Source: Microbotryum violaceum (lineage: Eukaryota). Taken from it: a DNA stretch of 64,000 nucleotides. Numbering within the stretch: the first letter of the stretch is position 1; each line of letters starts with the position of its first letter. The notes under the pieces were generated by a model, which was given only the letters and a program-made list of their open reading frames with translations, was not told the DNA's origin and ran no database searches. This document shows, piece after piece, positions 1-12,216 of the stretch. The stretch spans positions 992,001 through 1,056,000 of the forward strand of contig CDLV01000005.1 of assembly GCA_001244265.2 (NCBI GenBank). Direction: 5' to 3'. Position numbers and translations under genes: made by a program.

Positions 1-2252
1 ACAGGTCGTAAGCTTGTTGCTGTCGGGGTGATAGCTTGGAGACTCGTGCAGTGGCCGGCGGCTTCGGAGTGGCGGCGGTCGACTTGGCGGTTCCAGTGAC
101 GGATCGAGGGGTGGCTCGGAAGGATGATGCGGTGCTCATATCGTGCGAGACTTGGGACATAATAGCATGTGCTGGTCCAGCTAGCGATTCGAGGAAGCGA
201 AAGACGAGAAGCGAAGCCCAGACATCATTTGCGGCATCTGCGGTTGCAGAAGAAATTGATTTGAGTAATGTACATACGAACTTGGACGATCGACGTAACC
301 CGAGACCTACAATGCTGCTGCTCGGCTCCGATCGTACCACTCCACTTGCCACACCTCACGGCCCCCTCCTTGGGTAAGTACATGTCCAAATACGTCCCCG
401 TCATCTCTTGCAACCCGATGAGGATCCGACCGGCATACCTCGGACCATCAACCAGCTTGCCAACGTTATTGAGCTCTAGAAGCCCACGCGGCGTATGACC
501 AAAATCTCTCGACAGCTTCCTGGCATCCCCAGCAATCTGGACCCCAAGCTTCACTTTCGTGGGGTCTTCGATGAAGTCCTTGAGCGCTTTGGGGAATGTC
601 GACATTCGGGCAATGTGAACGAGCAAGATCGTTTGACCGTCACAGACCTGGGCCAAAGCGGTCGGATTCTCCACCCCTCGCCTCTTGGACGGTTCCCACT
701 CGAGGTCGAATCCGTAGGGCCCGTCGTCCATTGCCTTCAAGACTTTGGCTACCTCGTCTGCCGAGTTCGTGTAGATCAAAGTCGGCTTCGTCCTTCCGCC
801 CGTGCAAGTAAAGTCGAACACGGTCTTGTGCTTTTCGCGCAGGCTTCGGTCGGCCTCGACTTTGCGCTTGTGTTGAGCCGCCTTTTGGGCTCGGGGGCCT
901 AATTTGGTTGGGGCTTCGTTGACAGGCGGCAGTTTCGCATTCGAGGCGAGAGATTCCTTTTGTTTAATCGAGTCAGGTTTCGCGAACCACCTCTGATGTC
1001 TCGTGGCGGTTGTGTTAGTCGATGTCGCTGAAGCAGCCACGGCAGGGGCGGAAGGCCCTGGACTCTTGGCCGTCTTCGGTTCGACAATTTGGATGGAGTC
1101 GTCGGACGCGAGACTAGACTCGATAGATACGTCGCTGCTGATGTCGATGAATTCCATGAAACTCTCCAGTCTTTCGGGCGACATCTCCGGGGCGAAACTT
1201 GACGATCGAGCACGCGAGGCTTTGTCCTCGTTGGCATCGAGGCTAGGGTGAGCTGATACCAAATAAGCGCGAGGTGGCGAGACACGCCTGTAAGTGGAAG
1301 GGTCGATGTTGATGCGATTCGACGTTGCCAACGGGCCGAGCAAGGTTCGTGGACGCGGGGCAAGGTCCCACTCTAGATCGGTAGCTTTACCTTTACCCTT
1401 CGCTTGACCCCTCGACGCCTCTTCCCTGCGTTTGGTGAGCTGGACCAGTCTCGAGATCTCGACTTCGAAGCTCGTTCCCGACTCCTCTTCGACGTCACTG
1501 AAGTCTATCCCTTCGACCAGTTGATCCATCTCGGCTTGCGATACGACTGCAGGTGATGCGGGGTAGGTGGACGATGCCGACGACGACGGTGGTGCACGTG
1601 CCGAAGAGGAACCTGCTTCGGATGAAGGTGTGATAGCACACACACACATGCTGTGCGGCGAATGCTGCGCTAGCCTGGTTCCGACCAAGTGGTCTCCCTT
1701 CTCCACGCGTGACGAAGGAAATGCCGCCACAGGGGAGGCATTCCATTTGTGAGCGAGGGGTCGATAAAAGCTCGAGGGAGGGAAGAAGGTCGTCCTGGGT
1801 CGATGTGGCGAGAGGTGAGCTATACCAGACGCCGAATGATCGGGGCATTTCTGCGTGAATATCATTTGCTGGGAGCTGCTCAGCATCCAGTTACCTGGAA
1901 ATTAGCAAACGCCCTGGAACTGAAGCATCGGCTCCCTGACGACCGCGACAGCGTCGTCTCTGCACACTGACCGGAATTCGCGGCTGGGACATTCAGACGG
2001 GGAGGAGCTAGGCGACGTCGAGCTCTCAAAGACAATGGCTTGACCTGGCTTCCATGCCGGCAACAATGAGCCCTGATCGGGCGTTGATGCGGCAGAGGAG
2101 GTGGCCCCTTCGGCTGATAGCGGTGTTGGGAACATCGTTGCCGTTGACTGTACAGCGTCGATGGGTTCGCGACGCGAGGTCGAGCCTTTGCGAGGCGATA
2201 CAGGGCATGTCCTCTTCATGGGCAGTGATGTGCGACAAGTTCGGCGCAACAT
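1..2252 (-). CDS. WRN-type (DnaQ/DEDDy) 3'-5' exonuclease domain protein, multi-exon, 3' end beyond window start
   Basis: ORF 225-1886 has GFDLEW (ExoI), KLGVQIAGDARKL (ExoII), LQEMTGTYL and VRCGKWS, typical of WRN-like exonucleases. The long low-complexity N-terminus probably starts at ATG 2252 (ORF 1902-2324). Confidence 0.8.
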
Positions 2253-2386
2253 CCTTCCCCCAGCGAGAGTCGACGACGGGTCGAAATGAGTCGAGTGTCG
2301 AGTGAAACAAAGAGGGGCAAACACAACGCGCGGCTAATTCTGAACCGGCGCGAGGTGCATTCTCAACAGCTCTCGGCCTCTCTCAA

Positions 2387-2510
2387 GCACCTATGCGGGT
2401 CAAAATAAGCCTAACAAATATACTACCCCGCGCGCGGCGAGTTTAGGGAGCTTTTTGAAGGGGGCTTTTTGAAAATTTGGCCCAGGAAAACGTTGGTGCG
2501 GGCTAGGTGC
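2387..2510 (+). repeat. Left terminal inverted repeat of KDZ element
   Basis: GCA...gcgggtc...caaat...CCCCGCGCGCGGCGAGTTTAGGGAGCTTTT...TTTGGCCC...GTTGGTGCGGG..GGTGCA aligns with the reverse complement of 11860-11971. Confidence 0.75.
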
Positions 2511-2652
2511 AGCATTGCCCTGCCGACCCCAAGCCCCCGGAGGCAAAAGTGGTCACTAATCCGGGCACTTGCTACTTATCCCCGCTACTGGTCCATCTGC
2601 CTCAGCACCACGAGTTCCCCCCCACTTCCCTCCAACCAAGGCCTTGCAGGCT

Positions 2653-5600
2653 CGCACCCATCGCTTCAAGCATGGACATCCTACCACACACACCACCACC
2701 TCTACAACCTCGCTCAGCATCGCCAGTCGGAACAGAGAAGGGAAAACGCCTGACAAGACCAAGCGCAAGAAGAGCACGACCGTGAGGAGGAGGAAGAAGA
2801 AGGTGACCAGCAGCAACAAGGACACGTGCGAGAATGGGGCCACGACGTCGGTCGGAACGGAGGAGGAGGCGAAGACGAAGAATAAGAAGAGGAAATTATG
2901 GACCAAGCGAGTACGGAAAAGGGAGCCATCGTTGTCCCCGGATAGCGAGCTGTTCGACAAGACGTTCGGCTTCAACTTCGGCATTTTCCGCTCTGCAACG
3001 AAGAGGCGTCCGAAACGTCAGCCGGGCCCTCCCCTATCACCATCAGTCCAGAGGTCAACGCGTCGTCGGAAGGAGCATTCGGAGAAATCCATTGCCGGCC
3101 TCCACAAATCATCGTCCGAGCCGTGGACTGACATTGCCGATGGCGCAACGGCGTGGCCTCTAGACACCGAGACCGGCGGCTTCGAGCACAACTTCAAGCC
3201 TAACAGCGCGCCTGACTTTGAGCCCGACTACGACTTCGGTCGCGACTTCGGCGGTGGATACTCATCTGGACCGGAGCATTCGCCATTCCACCCAGACGGT
3301 GCTTCTCAAGACCAAGCGCCCTCTTCCCTTAAGCGATCGCAGATCGAGAGGAACGCCAAGAAGCAGCGCAATCGTCGCCGGAATGCGAGGGCCGAAGCTA
3401 AGACTATGGCGTCAAAACGACCTGACCTTCTCCAGGCATACCTATTGATGAAGAAAAAGGCCAAAGAAGTGCTTCGACAGAGCGGGTTTGTCCCTTCCCC
3501 GGACGACGAGGAGTGGTGCGACGCATGTCATGAACGCCGAGTCACCAGAAAGGTCCGGGTTGTCGACCTGTTCTTTGCAGGTAAGTGCTTATGTTGCACG
3601 TATTTTGTCAATCACCCTTACGCTATCGTCTTGGACTGATTTGATATCCCCCAACCATGAGCAGGCGTGCGAGAACTACGATACTGCCCACGCTATTCCG
3701 AGATCCAAACCCTGGCAGCTCACGGTCTTCTCCCGACGTCGTCATCTTCAATCCGAAAAAGAGAAGGCATCACCGCATTCCTCTTTCGCACGATCGAATA
3801 TCTCGACGCCTACTGGGGGGTAGATCCTTTTGGTATCTATGGCATGTCCGAAGCGCTCATTCTCTTTTGGTCCTCTGAATCATCCTCGGAGGATCCTTTT
3901 AACAAGGTGGGCTCTTGGACAGGGACAGGCCGGAAACATTCACTGTTTTTTACAGAAAATATTGGAAGCTTCCCAGGGTCCAACCGTGCGTCAGCATCTT
4001 CAAGCCGCAATGGATGAATATCGATTTATGCAACAGCTGCAGGCAACTTTGACCGCCGAATTTATCGGCCTCTCCCCGCGCGAGCGTCTGGCCGACGTTT
4101 GTCCGGCATGTTTTGGGCCTCGGATCGATGAAGCCGGCAAGAGCGAGAATGACCTCGATGTCATCATTGCTGTCGACGGCAATTTTCAGCATCGACGATT
4201 CGCGCGGGCAACTGCTGATCCTCTCAAGTCACGTCCAGCGTTATTCCTGTCACCAGACAAGATTCGAAACGAGCAAGCTTTGATCGACGGATCGACTGAA
4301 GCGGGCGAGCAGGTACCTTGGTGCTGCTGGTGTCGGGTCACCCGAACCCAATAATGCGTTGACCCGACTGTCTGTGATTGCTAAACGGGCTATTCTATCA
4401 TATAGGACGAATGCACAGCGAACTGGAAGGCCGCAGATGGTGGTGTGACCTCCGCTTCGTCAAATGTAGTAGCCGACACAGGCCTCGTTGCTGCAGTTTG
4501 CCGTCATGATCATTGCCTGCGACTTTGCAACCTTCATCAATCAGGTGAAAAGCATGTGTGGACCGGCCATCTGTGACTCCAGGCAAGGACACTACTAACC
4601 GAATCTGGTCTGCCGCAGGTTAGTATATCCCGTGTCGCTGTTGAAATGGATTCTCGAAGAAGTTGAAGTCGGAGAAACGGATTGTACTACGGGGCCTGCG
4701 CGTACCAGTGACGTTACAAACGTCGGATCCAGCTCGGGATCGGGCTCCCACCAAAGTTCGAGTCAGGATCGAAGTCGCGTTGGAGTCGCGTATGATATCG
4801 CCTGCAACTTATCGTCGCACTTACGCCGTATGAGTTTGTTCGTGACACTCAGCCTGACGTTGGCTTAGTTCGTAGCTGAGCAACTCATCTCTCCCCGGTA
4901 TGCGCAGCGCAATCTTCTGGCAGATCACTTACCGCGTCTGAAATTTGCTCTCTCGTCGATGCATGCCTATGCGCACAAGTGGTCCTGCCAGATTGACTTT
5001 GATCCGCGCTTTCTACCCAATTTTGGTTTGACTGATGGCGAGGGAACCGAGCGCTTGTGGTCGCAGCTTCGAGGCATGATACCCATGAACCGATCATCGA
5101 GTTCCTCCCATCGGCTGGAGAACATCAATCGTCGAGCATCTGCTTATAACAAGCAGCATCTGGCCGAACTTGGTTCGCTTAAGCGTCCAGTCTTTCATGC
5201 ACTACCTTACCATGTCGCTGATCTTTGGCATATCGATCATGCCCAGTGACCAAACTTAATTCTCGACTCAAAAACGCAATCAAGCTTAAGGCCGAAGCCG
5301 ACAGAGTCATTGCTGAGGTCGTTAATCGCTCCGAATGGACGGTCGCTATTCTCCTTGAACAATGGCACGCGCAACGTGCAGCGTCCAAGCAGATCCCTCT
5401 GAAAGAGCAGCGCAAAGAGGTAGCCGAGATGCGCAACGTCATGTTCAAGCTTGAGCTGGTTAACAGAGACATCGCAGCATGCCGGTGGGTCTGAGCTATC
5501 GTCGTCGTTTGGGAGTGAGACACGAACCGGTAACCTAGCTTCGGTATTCATTTTTCGATTGACACAGGGAAGACCTAGCCTGCGTGAACACCATAGATAC

Positions 5601-6837
5601 GAACAAGCTTATAGAACAGTCGACTCAACTTCAACAGCTGGCCAAACAACGGCAGGTTCTTGATGATCGACTGAACTCCTTACGCACGTCGGACATAAAC
5701 ATCAGTGTCCTGGACCCTGGTACGTCACTCCCTTCTTCCATTCTGACCCTCTGGTGTGATCCCCGTTGTCCTCGCTTAAATATTTCAATATCTTTGATTG
5801 GCACAGACTATGAACCAGCCTGCACGTTGATGGTCGCATCTCGCTCGCTGTGGGACTTGGTCGTACAATATCGACAGGGAGCTGAGAGGCTGCGGCTCCC
5901 GCGCCTAGGCGGTAAAGCCCTCGGTAGGAAATCCATGGTACGAGTCTTCTGCGCCGGCAGAAGGAACGCTAATGTGTAGCAATGCCTGCTCATAGGTACG
6001 AAAGCGGCTGGTCTCCTGGTCAAGAATCTTAATTCTTTGCGTCCAAGACTCATGAAGGCAGTGGCGATGTATAACGACGAGGTGAAAAAGTATGCTGCCA
6101 TCCTCGCCAATTCTCAGGACTCCCATTCGATCTTGAGAACCCGAAGGGTACCGCCATCAGCCCCAGAGGATCTCAACGAACTGCTCAAACTCGACATCTT
6201 GGCGCCGCTCTGGAACAACGGATTATATAGTCATCCCACTGAGCCGTGGGCCTACGATGATGATGTTCGTGTCGGCATTCCAGCAGTATTGTCTCGCGCA
6301 AGATGCCAGCAAGAAATCAAGCGACTTGGATGGGAAGTGCGTCGCATTGGACGGTGGCTGATAAGCCGTCGCAAGAGGTGTCAGCAAGTTCGCCAGCAAT
6401 TACTCCAACGAGACGAGCAGGATTACTCTGCGATGATGATGCTCGAGCAAGAAGAAGAGCGTCTTAGAAATATTGCGCGCCGATGGTTTTCGAAGGGCGG
6501 CCTAGATCACCTATGGGAATGCACCCGGCAAACCAGCGAACCGCAAATGGAGGAGTGGGTCGAGCTTCGAATGTGGTGCACCAACGACGCTGATGTTTTT
6601 CAACGAACCACAACGGGTGGCTTGCCGGATCACACATGGCCAGACTGCATCAATGATGGGATGGTCGGAGAGTCGGACGACACCACCACGGATCATGACA
6701 CCCTTCTTGACATCAGTGATCATTCGAGCGATGATCTGAGTCATCATTCCGTCGACACTATCGATTACGGCGCCTTCAGTGACGAGATCATCGAGAATTT
6801 TGACGAAGACGATGGCGATATTTTTTGGGGGATTTGA
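2653..6837 (+). CDS. KDZ transposase with N-terminal CxC1-like cysteine cluster (multi-exon; start codon uncertain)
   Basis: Motifs across exons: WCDAC, LAAHGLLP, LADVCPACFG, IIAVDGNFQHRR, DECTANWKAA, GLVAAVCRHD, SGEK, VAYDIAC, MHAYAHKWSCQ, GLTDGEGTERLWS, EPWAYDDDVRVGI..RCQQEIKRL. GT-AG introns link the ORFs. Confidence 0.92.
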
Positions 6838-6992
6838 TATTGATCATATATAGTTGCAGTCTTTCGCCCAGTTGCTACTTGCAATAGTAAAGAGATCAAT
6901 GATGCGTTCATTTCGCTAGTAGTTCTACACGTTATACGACGCTTTGCCAGGAAGCGCAACAAGAGCGATCAGACATCCAAGACCCGGCATCG

Positions 6993-8270
6993 CTAAATCG
7001 CTCGATCTTGCGGTCGCTCGCCTAATGTCGCTCGAGTAAAGCTGGCAGCCGGAGCCCAACACGACCGGTAAGATTTAGAGGAAGAGCGCGCTACACTGAG
7101 GGAGTGAACACAAGCGTCCATTGCATCTTTGTTGCACTGACTGCACTGAGATCTCCTACATGTAGACCGCGCTCCCTGCCAGTCAGTCACATGCGCAGTC
7201 CGTGTCGTGCGTTGGGTTACACTTCCCAAGCAGGGATTGCAAAAGTACTTATTATATTCCAACACTGCCGACTGCATTTTGATGTATACTTGAACGAAGT
7301 CCTGAACCGGCTCACAGTCCCAACGTCGTACACAGGTCTTCTGTTGTGTTGCCACAGCCACTCCGAGCCTCACACTCGACCAGGTCCGTTGAGTGTTTGC
7401 CTCGGCACTTGGTTGATGACTTTTCAGACGCGAGGAACAGAAGTTGATCACCCCTAATATAACAGCCTTTTTCGGTATGATAATATGAATTATCCCTTTG
7501 GGCCCTAAAGCAGGGGGCTGGAGAAGCGTCCCATCTGGTAAGGTGAGGGATTTTCGTTGGGAGGTGAGGACCGATAATAGGGAGAGAGGGTTACGAATCC
7601 CTTGAGTGGCTATTGGTGGCACGTTAATGAACTCTTTGCTAAGTTGCTAAGAGCCAGCGTACTGCTTTGTCACAATTCCTTCCTGCGCAGTTCACACACT
7701 CACTGTAATCTCGACGCGAAGTACGTCGTCACGGGCGCTTGCGTTTCAACAGTCGAACTGCAGCAAGTCATAGTCACCCATGCCCAAAGTAATGCGCTGT
7801 ATATGTCTGAACGAAGCCACGAGCGAGTCAGACTCACCTTGATACACCCCTTTCTCTGTCGTTGCTCTACGTTTTCTCATCGCATTAGGCGGCTCGAGAG
7901 TTCTGCACGCTGTTGTGGCCTGGGCCTCCTTCTAATATCGACCGACCGACTGCCCCGCCGTGATTTTCGGCGATGGCAGGTCATATAGTCTTTTGTAACA
8001 CCAATCAGGGTTCAAACCCAAGGTGGACAACACGTCATGTTGGAGTCAGACTGAAAGTACCCAAACCTGGAGGGTGTTTTCAAAGTTCTTTTCGACGGGA
8101 CATACCGTCTTGTCATCATTGTGATGGTCATCTTCTTGGTCTTCAGTTGTGGTCTTCAGCTGGGTCTTATAGTTACGACGATGGGTGAATTCAGGATGGG
8201 ACAGGGAAGGAGAGGTCGAGCTGTCGTCTGACCCCTGTATTGCAGCCCCACCGAATGACCTCACAGTCAT
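6993..8270 (-). pseudogene. Degenerate cargo gene within KDZ element (weak TET/JBP-like dioxygenase resemblance)
   Basis: 209-aa ORF 6993-7622 plus upstream fragments with in-frame stops and GTGAGT donor sites. Segment GVINFCSSRLKSHQ...RLGVAVATQ. Confidence 0.3.
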
Positions 8271-9139
8271 CCATCGTCCGATTTTGCGGCGCGCAGGCAG
8301 TTAAGGGTTATGCAGTGGCAACCGGTCCGACCTGAAGGTGAAGTCAGATTGTATCTAAGGGAAGAAGACAATGGTAGTCCAAAAGGTCAAACAGAATTAA
8401 GCAACGAGACACGGTCAATGGTACGGCGCCTTCGGACGAAGCATGGATACAAGGATATGAGGAATGATTAGGAGGGATCGGTTCCAAAGTGTGTTTGAAA
8501 CGAGAGGCGCAAGAAACGGCGATGAGGTTGAAGTTGGAAAAGGTGTATGGCCATTTGGTTGTACATCACAACTTCAGAAGAAGAAGAAGGAGAAAGAGAA
8601 GATCCGTCGGCGCGAGAGCCATTCTAATTTCGTTGATCCAAAGGTAAATAGATGCGCAGAGATGTCGCCTTGCCTGGATGCGAGCGCCACACCGTTGTGC
8701 TGCGACCTATGCGGTGCGCCCCGATTCCCTGTAGGACCAAGGGGCGGAACGATTGGTTGTGAAGGAAGACTCCAGTGTAATCTCTGGAAGGGGGGCCGTA
8801 GATGAACGGGATGCCGGCGCCCGGAGCACACAGGGGCCCCCGGGCGCTGCGAGGGGGGGGGGGGGTCGAGTATGCCCAGTGATCTTGGCTGAGCCTGACA
8901 GAATGAGCATTTTGATCATATCCTGTTAAGATTAATTGCCACAATCAAGATGGCAGCTGAGACGCTGTATGCGTGCATGACAATCATCTGAAACTAAACT
9001 CAAGGATCTACACTGAAAGACGCGTCACAAACCACAGAGACATAACAAATATCGGTCATCTTGCAGCCGATTCAGAGCATAATATGCCCAAAGAAAGACA
9101 CAAGAACGGTCTCAATCCATCAACGATGTTTTGCTTCAT

Positions 9140-10849
9140 TCATCCTCCGGTCTCCTCCGCCACCCCCTCGGTATTTCTTTCTCTATCTTTTTCTCCGCTT
9201 TTTTCTCCGCCACGTACCTCTCCGCCTTCGTCCCCGGCTCCACCAAATCTTGGGCTCAGGGGTCCTCCGCCATTCAAGTCATTGTCGCTTGCCCCTGCCT
9301 CCGTGTTGTCGTTTGGGTCCGCCGAGGGTACGATAGCGAGGCGGCCGTGACGGAGGTCGTCAATGATAGCCTTGAGCTGAGCAACGGTTTGCTTGGGCGA
9401 TGTCTCTGCACTATGATGCAGAGCCATTTCGTATCTACTCTTCGTTCCGGGCTTGATCCGCAATTTGACACCCAGTGCCTTCAAGCCCTGGGTAGACCAT
9501 ATCATCTTCTTCTGAGGTGTGAAAGCGCCTGTCGATGATCCCGTGTCGGAACGGCGATGTATAGTCTCGAGGGTAGAGTCTGTAAAGACGGAAATGATTA
9601 GCACGGAGTCGAGCCCGATCAGATGTAGACTACTTACTGAGTTGGGCGCGGAACAGAGTGCCGTGCCATTTGCCAAGAACGCCACGAGTAGCACTGTCCA
9701 TCGAGCGAGTTTTTGCTGATAGATGAGACGAAAACATATGTCACATAATTGGTAACGGTAACTTGGTCTCATGCGCGTATAACTTGCGATGAAAGGCTCA
9801 CCCTCTTTCAGATCTGCCGCTTCATTGGCCTTGAGTGTCTCATCCCAGCTCATCTTGGAAGCAAAATTAGACAACAAGGAATTGCCGGATGGATCCTTGA
9901 AGTCGTTGCAGTGAGCTGCAAATCTGAGCCCACCTATCGAATGCACGGTCGCCTTCGTCGCTGGCGACACGTCGTCTTGATAACGAGGGACAATAAAGGC
10001 CAGGGTTTCCACTCCGTACAGCTTGGACATGCGTTGCGCCAGGTCTTGCAATTCTGCAATGTACTTTTTGCATTGCTCCATCCGAGTTGGGGAAGGAATG
10101 TCGGATGGCGACCGTGTGATGATGGTGGGTGGTACGATCGAAGTGAAAGTCGTATTATTTCCCGCCTCTGCCACTGCAAAAGCCGCGCGAACAACCTCTT
10201 CACCGTCCTCGCCAAGTTGGGCAGATCCGAGGCCCCCCTGGTCTCTCAGGAAGTTCCAGAGTTGAGCGGCAAGTTTGGTGATGGATTGCGCTTTCGACTG
10301 ATCCAATTCTGAGCACGTTTGACACACCCAGGGTATGTAAGAACAGACATTGCGGACGCAGCGGTAGGCATAAGCGAGAGCGTAGGAGAGTGGAGTGGGC
10401 ATGACCGGAAGCGCCCGGAGGACCGACTCACCCTTGCTTGCTCGCTGGTGTAAAACCTTGATTACAGGGTCCGAGAGAAATCTAGACCACGCATTGCCCT
10501 TCGAAGCGAGCTTGTTGAATTTTTTGACGGCCTGAACGAGCCTTGCATGGGATATGCCGAGTTTCGCGGCCATCTTGAGCTCCGAGTAATATCTTCGAGC
10601 GGCCCAGCGCTCCAGCGAGGTCCACTTTCTTTGACTCATACGACCGGTCGCGTTCCGATGCGAGCCATGTATGGCCGTCCAGAGCCTGATAGCTCTTCGA
10701 TGGTCGATCGCGATATCTTCAAACTCGCTCTCACTGTGACTGTGACTGTCACTTTCACTGTCACTGTCGTCAGCCGAGGATTGACTGGAATCGCCCAAAT
10801 TGGGCTCGTCAGAGTCGGAGTCGGACGAAGGGGTTTGGGGCACGGGCAT
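9140..10849 (-). CDS. KDZ-associated accessory protein with divergent HMG-box-like region
   Basis: 569-aa ORF inside the TIRs, convergent with the transposase. Acidic N-terminus, KGNAWSRFL...SITKLAAQLWNFL (HMG-like spacing), YIAELQDLAQRMSKLYGVETLAFIV. Probable in-frame introns. Confidence 0.6.
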   Translation of the reverse strand: MPVPQTPSSDSDSDEPNLGDSSQSSADDSDSESDSHSHSESEFEDIAIDHRRAIRLWTAIHGSHRNATGRMSQRKWTSLERWAARRYYSELKMAAKLGISHARLVQAVKKFNKLASKGNAWSRFLSDPVIKVLHQRASKGESVLRALPVMPTPLSYALAYAYRCVRNVCSYIPWVCQTCSELDQSKAQSITKLAAQLWNFLRDQGGLGSAQLGEDGEEVVRAAFAVAEAGNNTTFTSIVPPTIITRSPSDIPSPTRMEQCKKYIAELQDLAQRMSKLYGVETLAFIVPRYQDDVSPATKATVHSIGGLRFAAHCNDFKDPSGNSLLSNFASKMSWDETLKANEAADLKEGEPFIASYTRMRPSYRYQLCDICFRLIYQQKLARWTVLLVAFLANGTALCSAPNSVSSLHLIGLDSVLIISVFTDSTLETIHRRSDTGSSTGAFTPQKKMIWSTQGLKALGVKLRIKPGTKSRYEMALHHSAETSPKQTVAQLKAIIDDLRHGRLAIVPSADPNDNTEAGASDNDLNGGGPLSPRFGGAGDEGGEVRGGEKSGEKDRERNTEGVAEETGG

Positions 10850-11859
10850 GCGCCGCTTTTCTTCCGAGTCGGGCGTCGAGACGGTTCATCCAGAATTGTA
10901 CTGGCTTGTGAGGAGGCTCGACGGCTTTGATCGTCCCTCCGACCTGCAAGAGGTGTGAGAGAACTGAGAATTCTTCAGCTGTCCGTCAGGATTGAGTAGA
11001 TAGAAGGATGAGGTTGATGACTGGCACTCTGCTCTCAGCCCTGCTACAAGGGATCTCAGTTGGCACACCAGACAAGAGCACTCACTCGGATGAGCGCCAA
11101 AGGAAATAGACTCTGCTGGAGAACCTTCCCTAGATCCCACGCGTATGTCTGACGGTCGCGTCATGGTGGAGCAACACAATTAGGCCCATGAGGGAGATGT
11201 GAGGCGGGGAAACGCGTCCACATACCTCCAGACGGCAATAGCATCGATGTTTGTTCAACAGGCGCGGGGAGATTTCAATGTATTGAGACGCGGGGCGTGG
11301 CGTGGGTCAAGGGTGCGCGTTGTCGCGTTGACGTGAGTGCGCAGAGGTCAAAGTATTAACGCAGAGCGCTCGCCAATCTGAGCTCCGCGTGCGGCCCGCA
11401 CAGCCCCGCCTCAATTTTGCCTCTTCAATTACTCTCTAGGAATTGATGCAGGACTGATTGGCGCTGGACCCATGTCGACCGTCCGAAGGGGATTCACTAG
11501 ATATCCATTCTCTATACACAGTGCACACCATTCAGAATAAGCGTTTGTCTGCCGGGGACCGATCCAGGATTCCGGGGACCGGGACCGATCTCTCCCTCGG
11601 GCCCAATAGACGCGGTGTGTACTCCCTCCGTCGTATCCAAATTAACGAATATGAGAAAAGGTCTACACAGGATCTGTTGTACACATATCAGTTGATGGTA
11701 TACGGAACTACACGAACTGAATGGATGGACTGAGTACGACAAGCTGTATGACATTTATGACATAATTCGAACTTACGAGTCTTCGGAAAGTGTTATTCGT
11801 GATGATGGTGAGTCTTACACGAACTAGTGGCCCCTTATTACTTATGACCATTTGAGGTG

Positions 11860-11971
11860 CAGTGCACCCGACCTGTACCAACCTCCAACCGGGCCAAAAA
11901 ACAGAAAAGCTGCCTTAACTCGCCCGCGCGGGGAAGCTCATTTGGCTGGGTTAACGGACCTGCCGATCTGC
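11860..11971 (-). repeat. Right terminal inverted repeat of KDZ element
   Basis: Reverse complement reads GCAGATCGGCAGGTC...CAAAT...CCCCGCGCGGGCGAGTTAAGGCAGCTTTT...TTTGGCCC...GTTGGTACAGG..GGTGCA. Confidence 0.75.
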
Positions 11972-12216
11972 TCTCAACTGTGTCAGCCGGGGTGAAACGT
12001 GCCACGGGACCTATGCACGGACCGAGTCCTAGTAGCCTAGCAAAAGAGCCGCCATCTCGACGAACGAGGTCACATCATCTCATCTCGGTAATCCCAACAG
12101 CATGGAGATGAAGAGTGAAAACCTCATCATCGATCGCACCACTGCAGCGGTCTCGGAGATGACCGCGGGTATCTTGTACGCGATGTCAATATCCACTCCG
12201 AGCACATTAGTAAATG

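Larger units (their letters stand above)
2387..11971 (+). mobile_element. KDZ (Kyakuja-Dileera-Zisupton) DNA transposon, ~9.6 kb, with imperfect TIRs and 6-bp TSD
   Basis: Contains a KDZ transposase. Left end 2387-~2510 and right end ~11860-11971 are imperfect inverted repeats. TCTCAA lies directly outside both ends (2381-2386 and 11972-11977). Confidence 0.82.
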
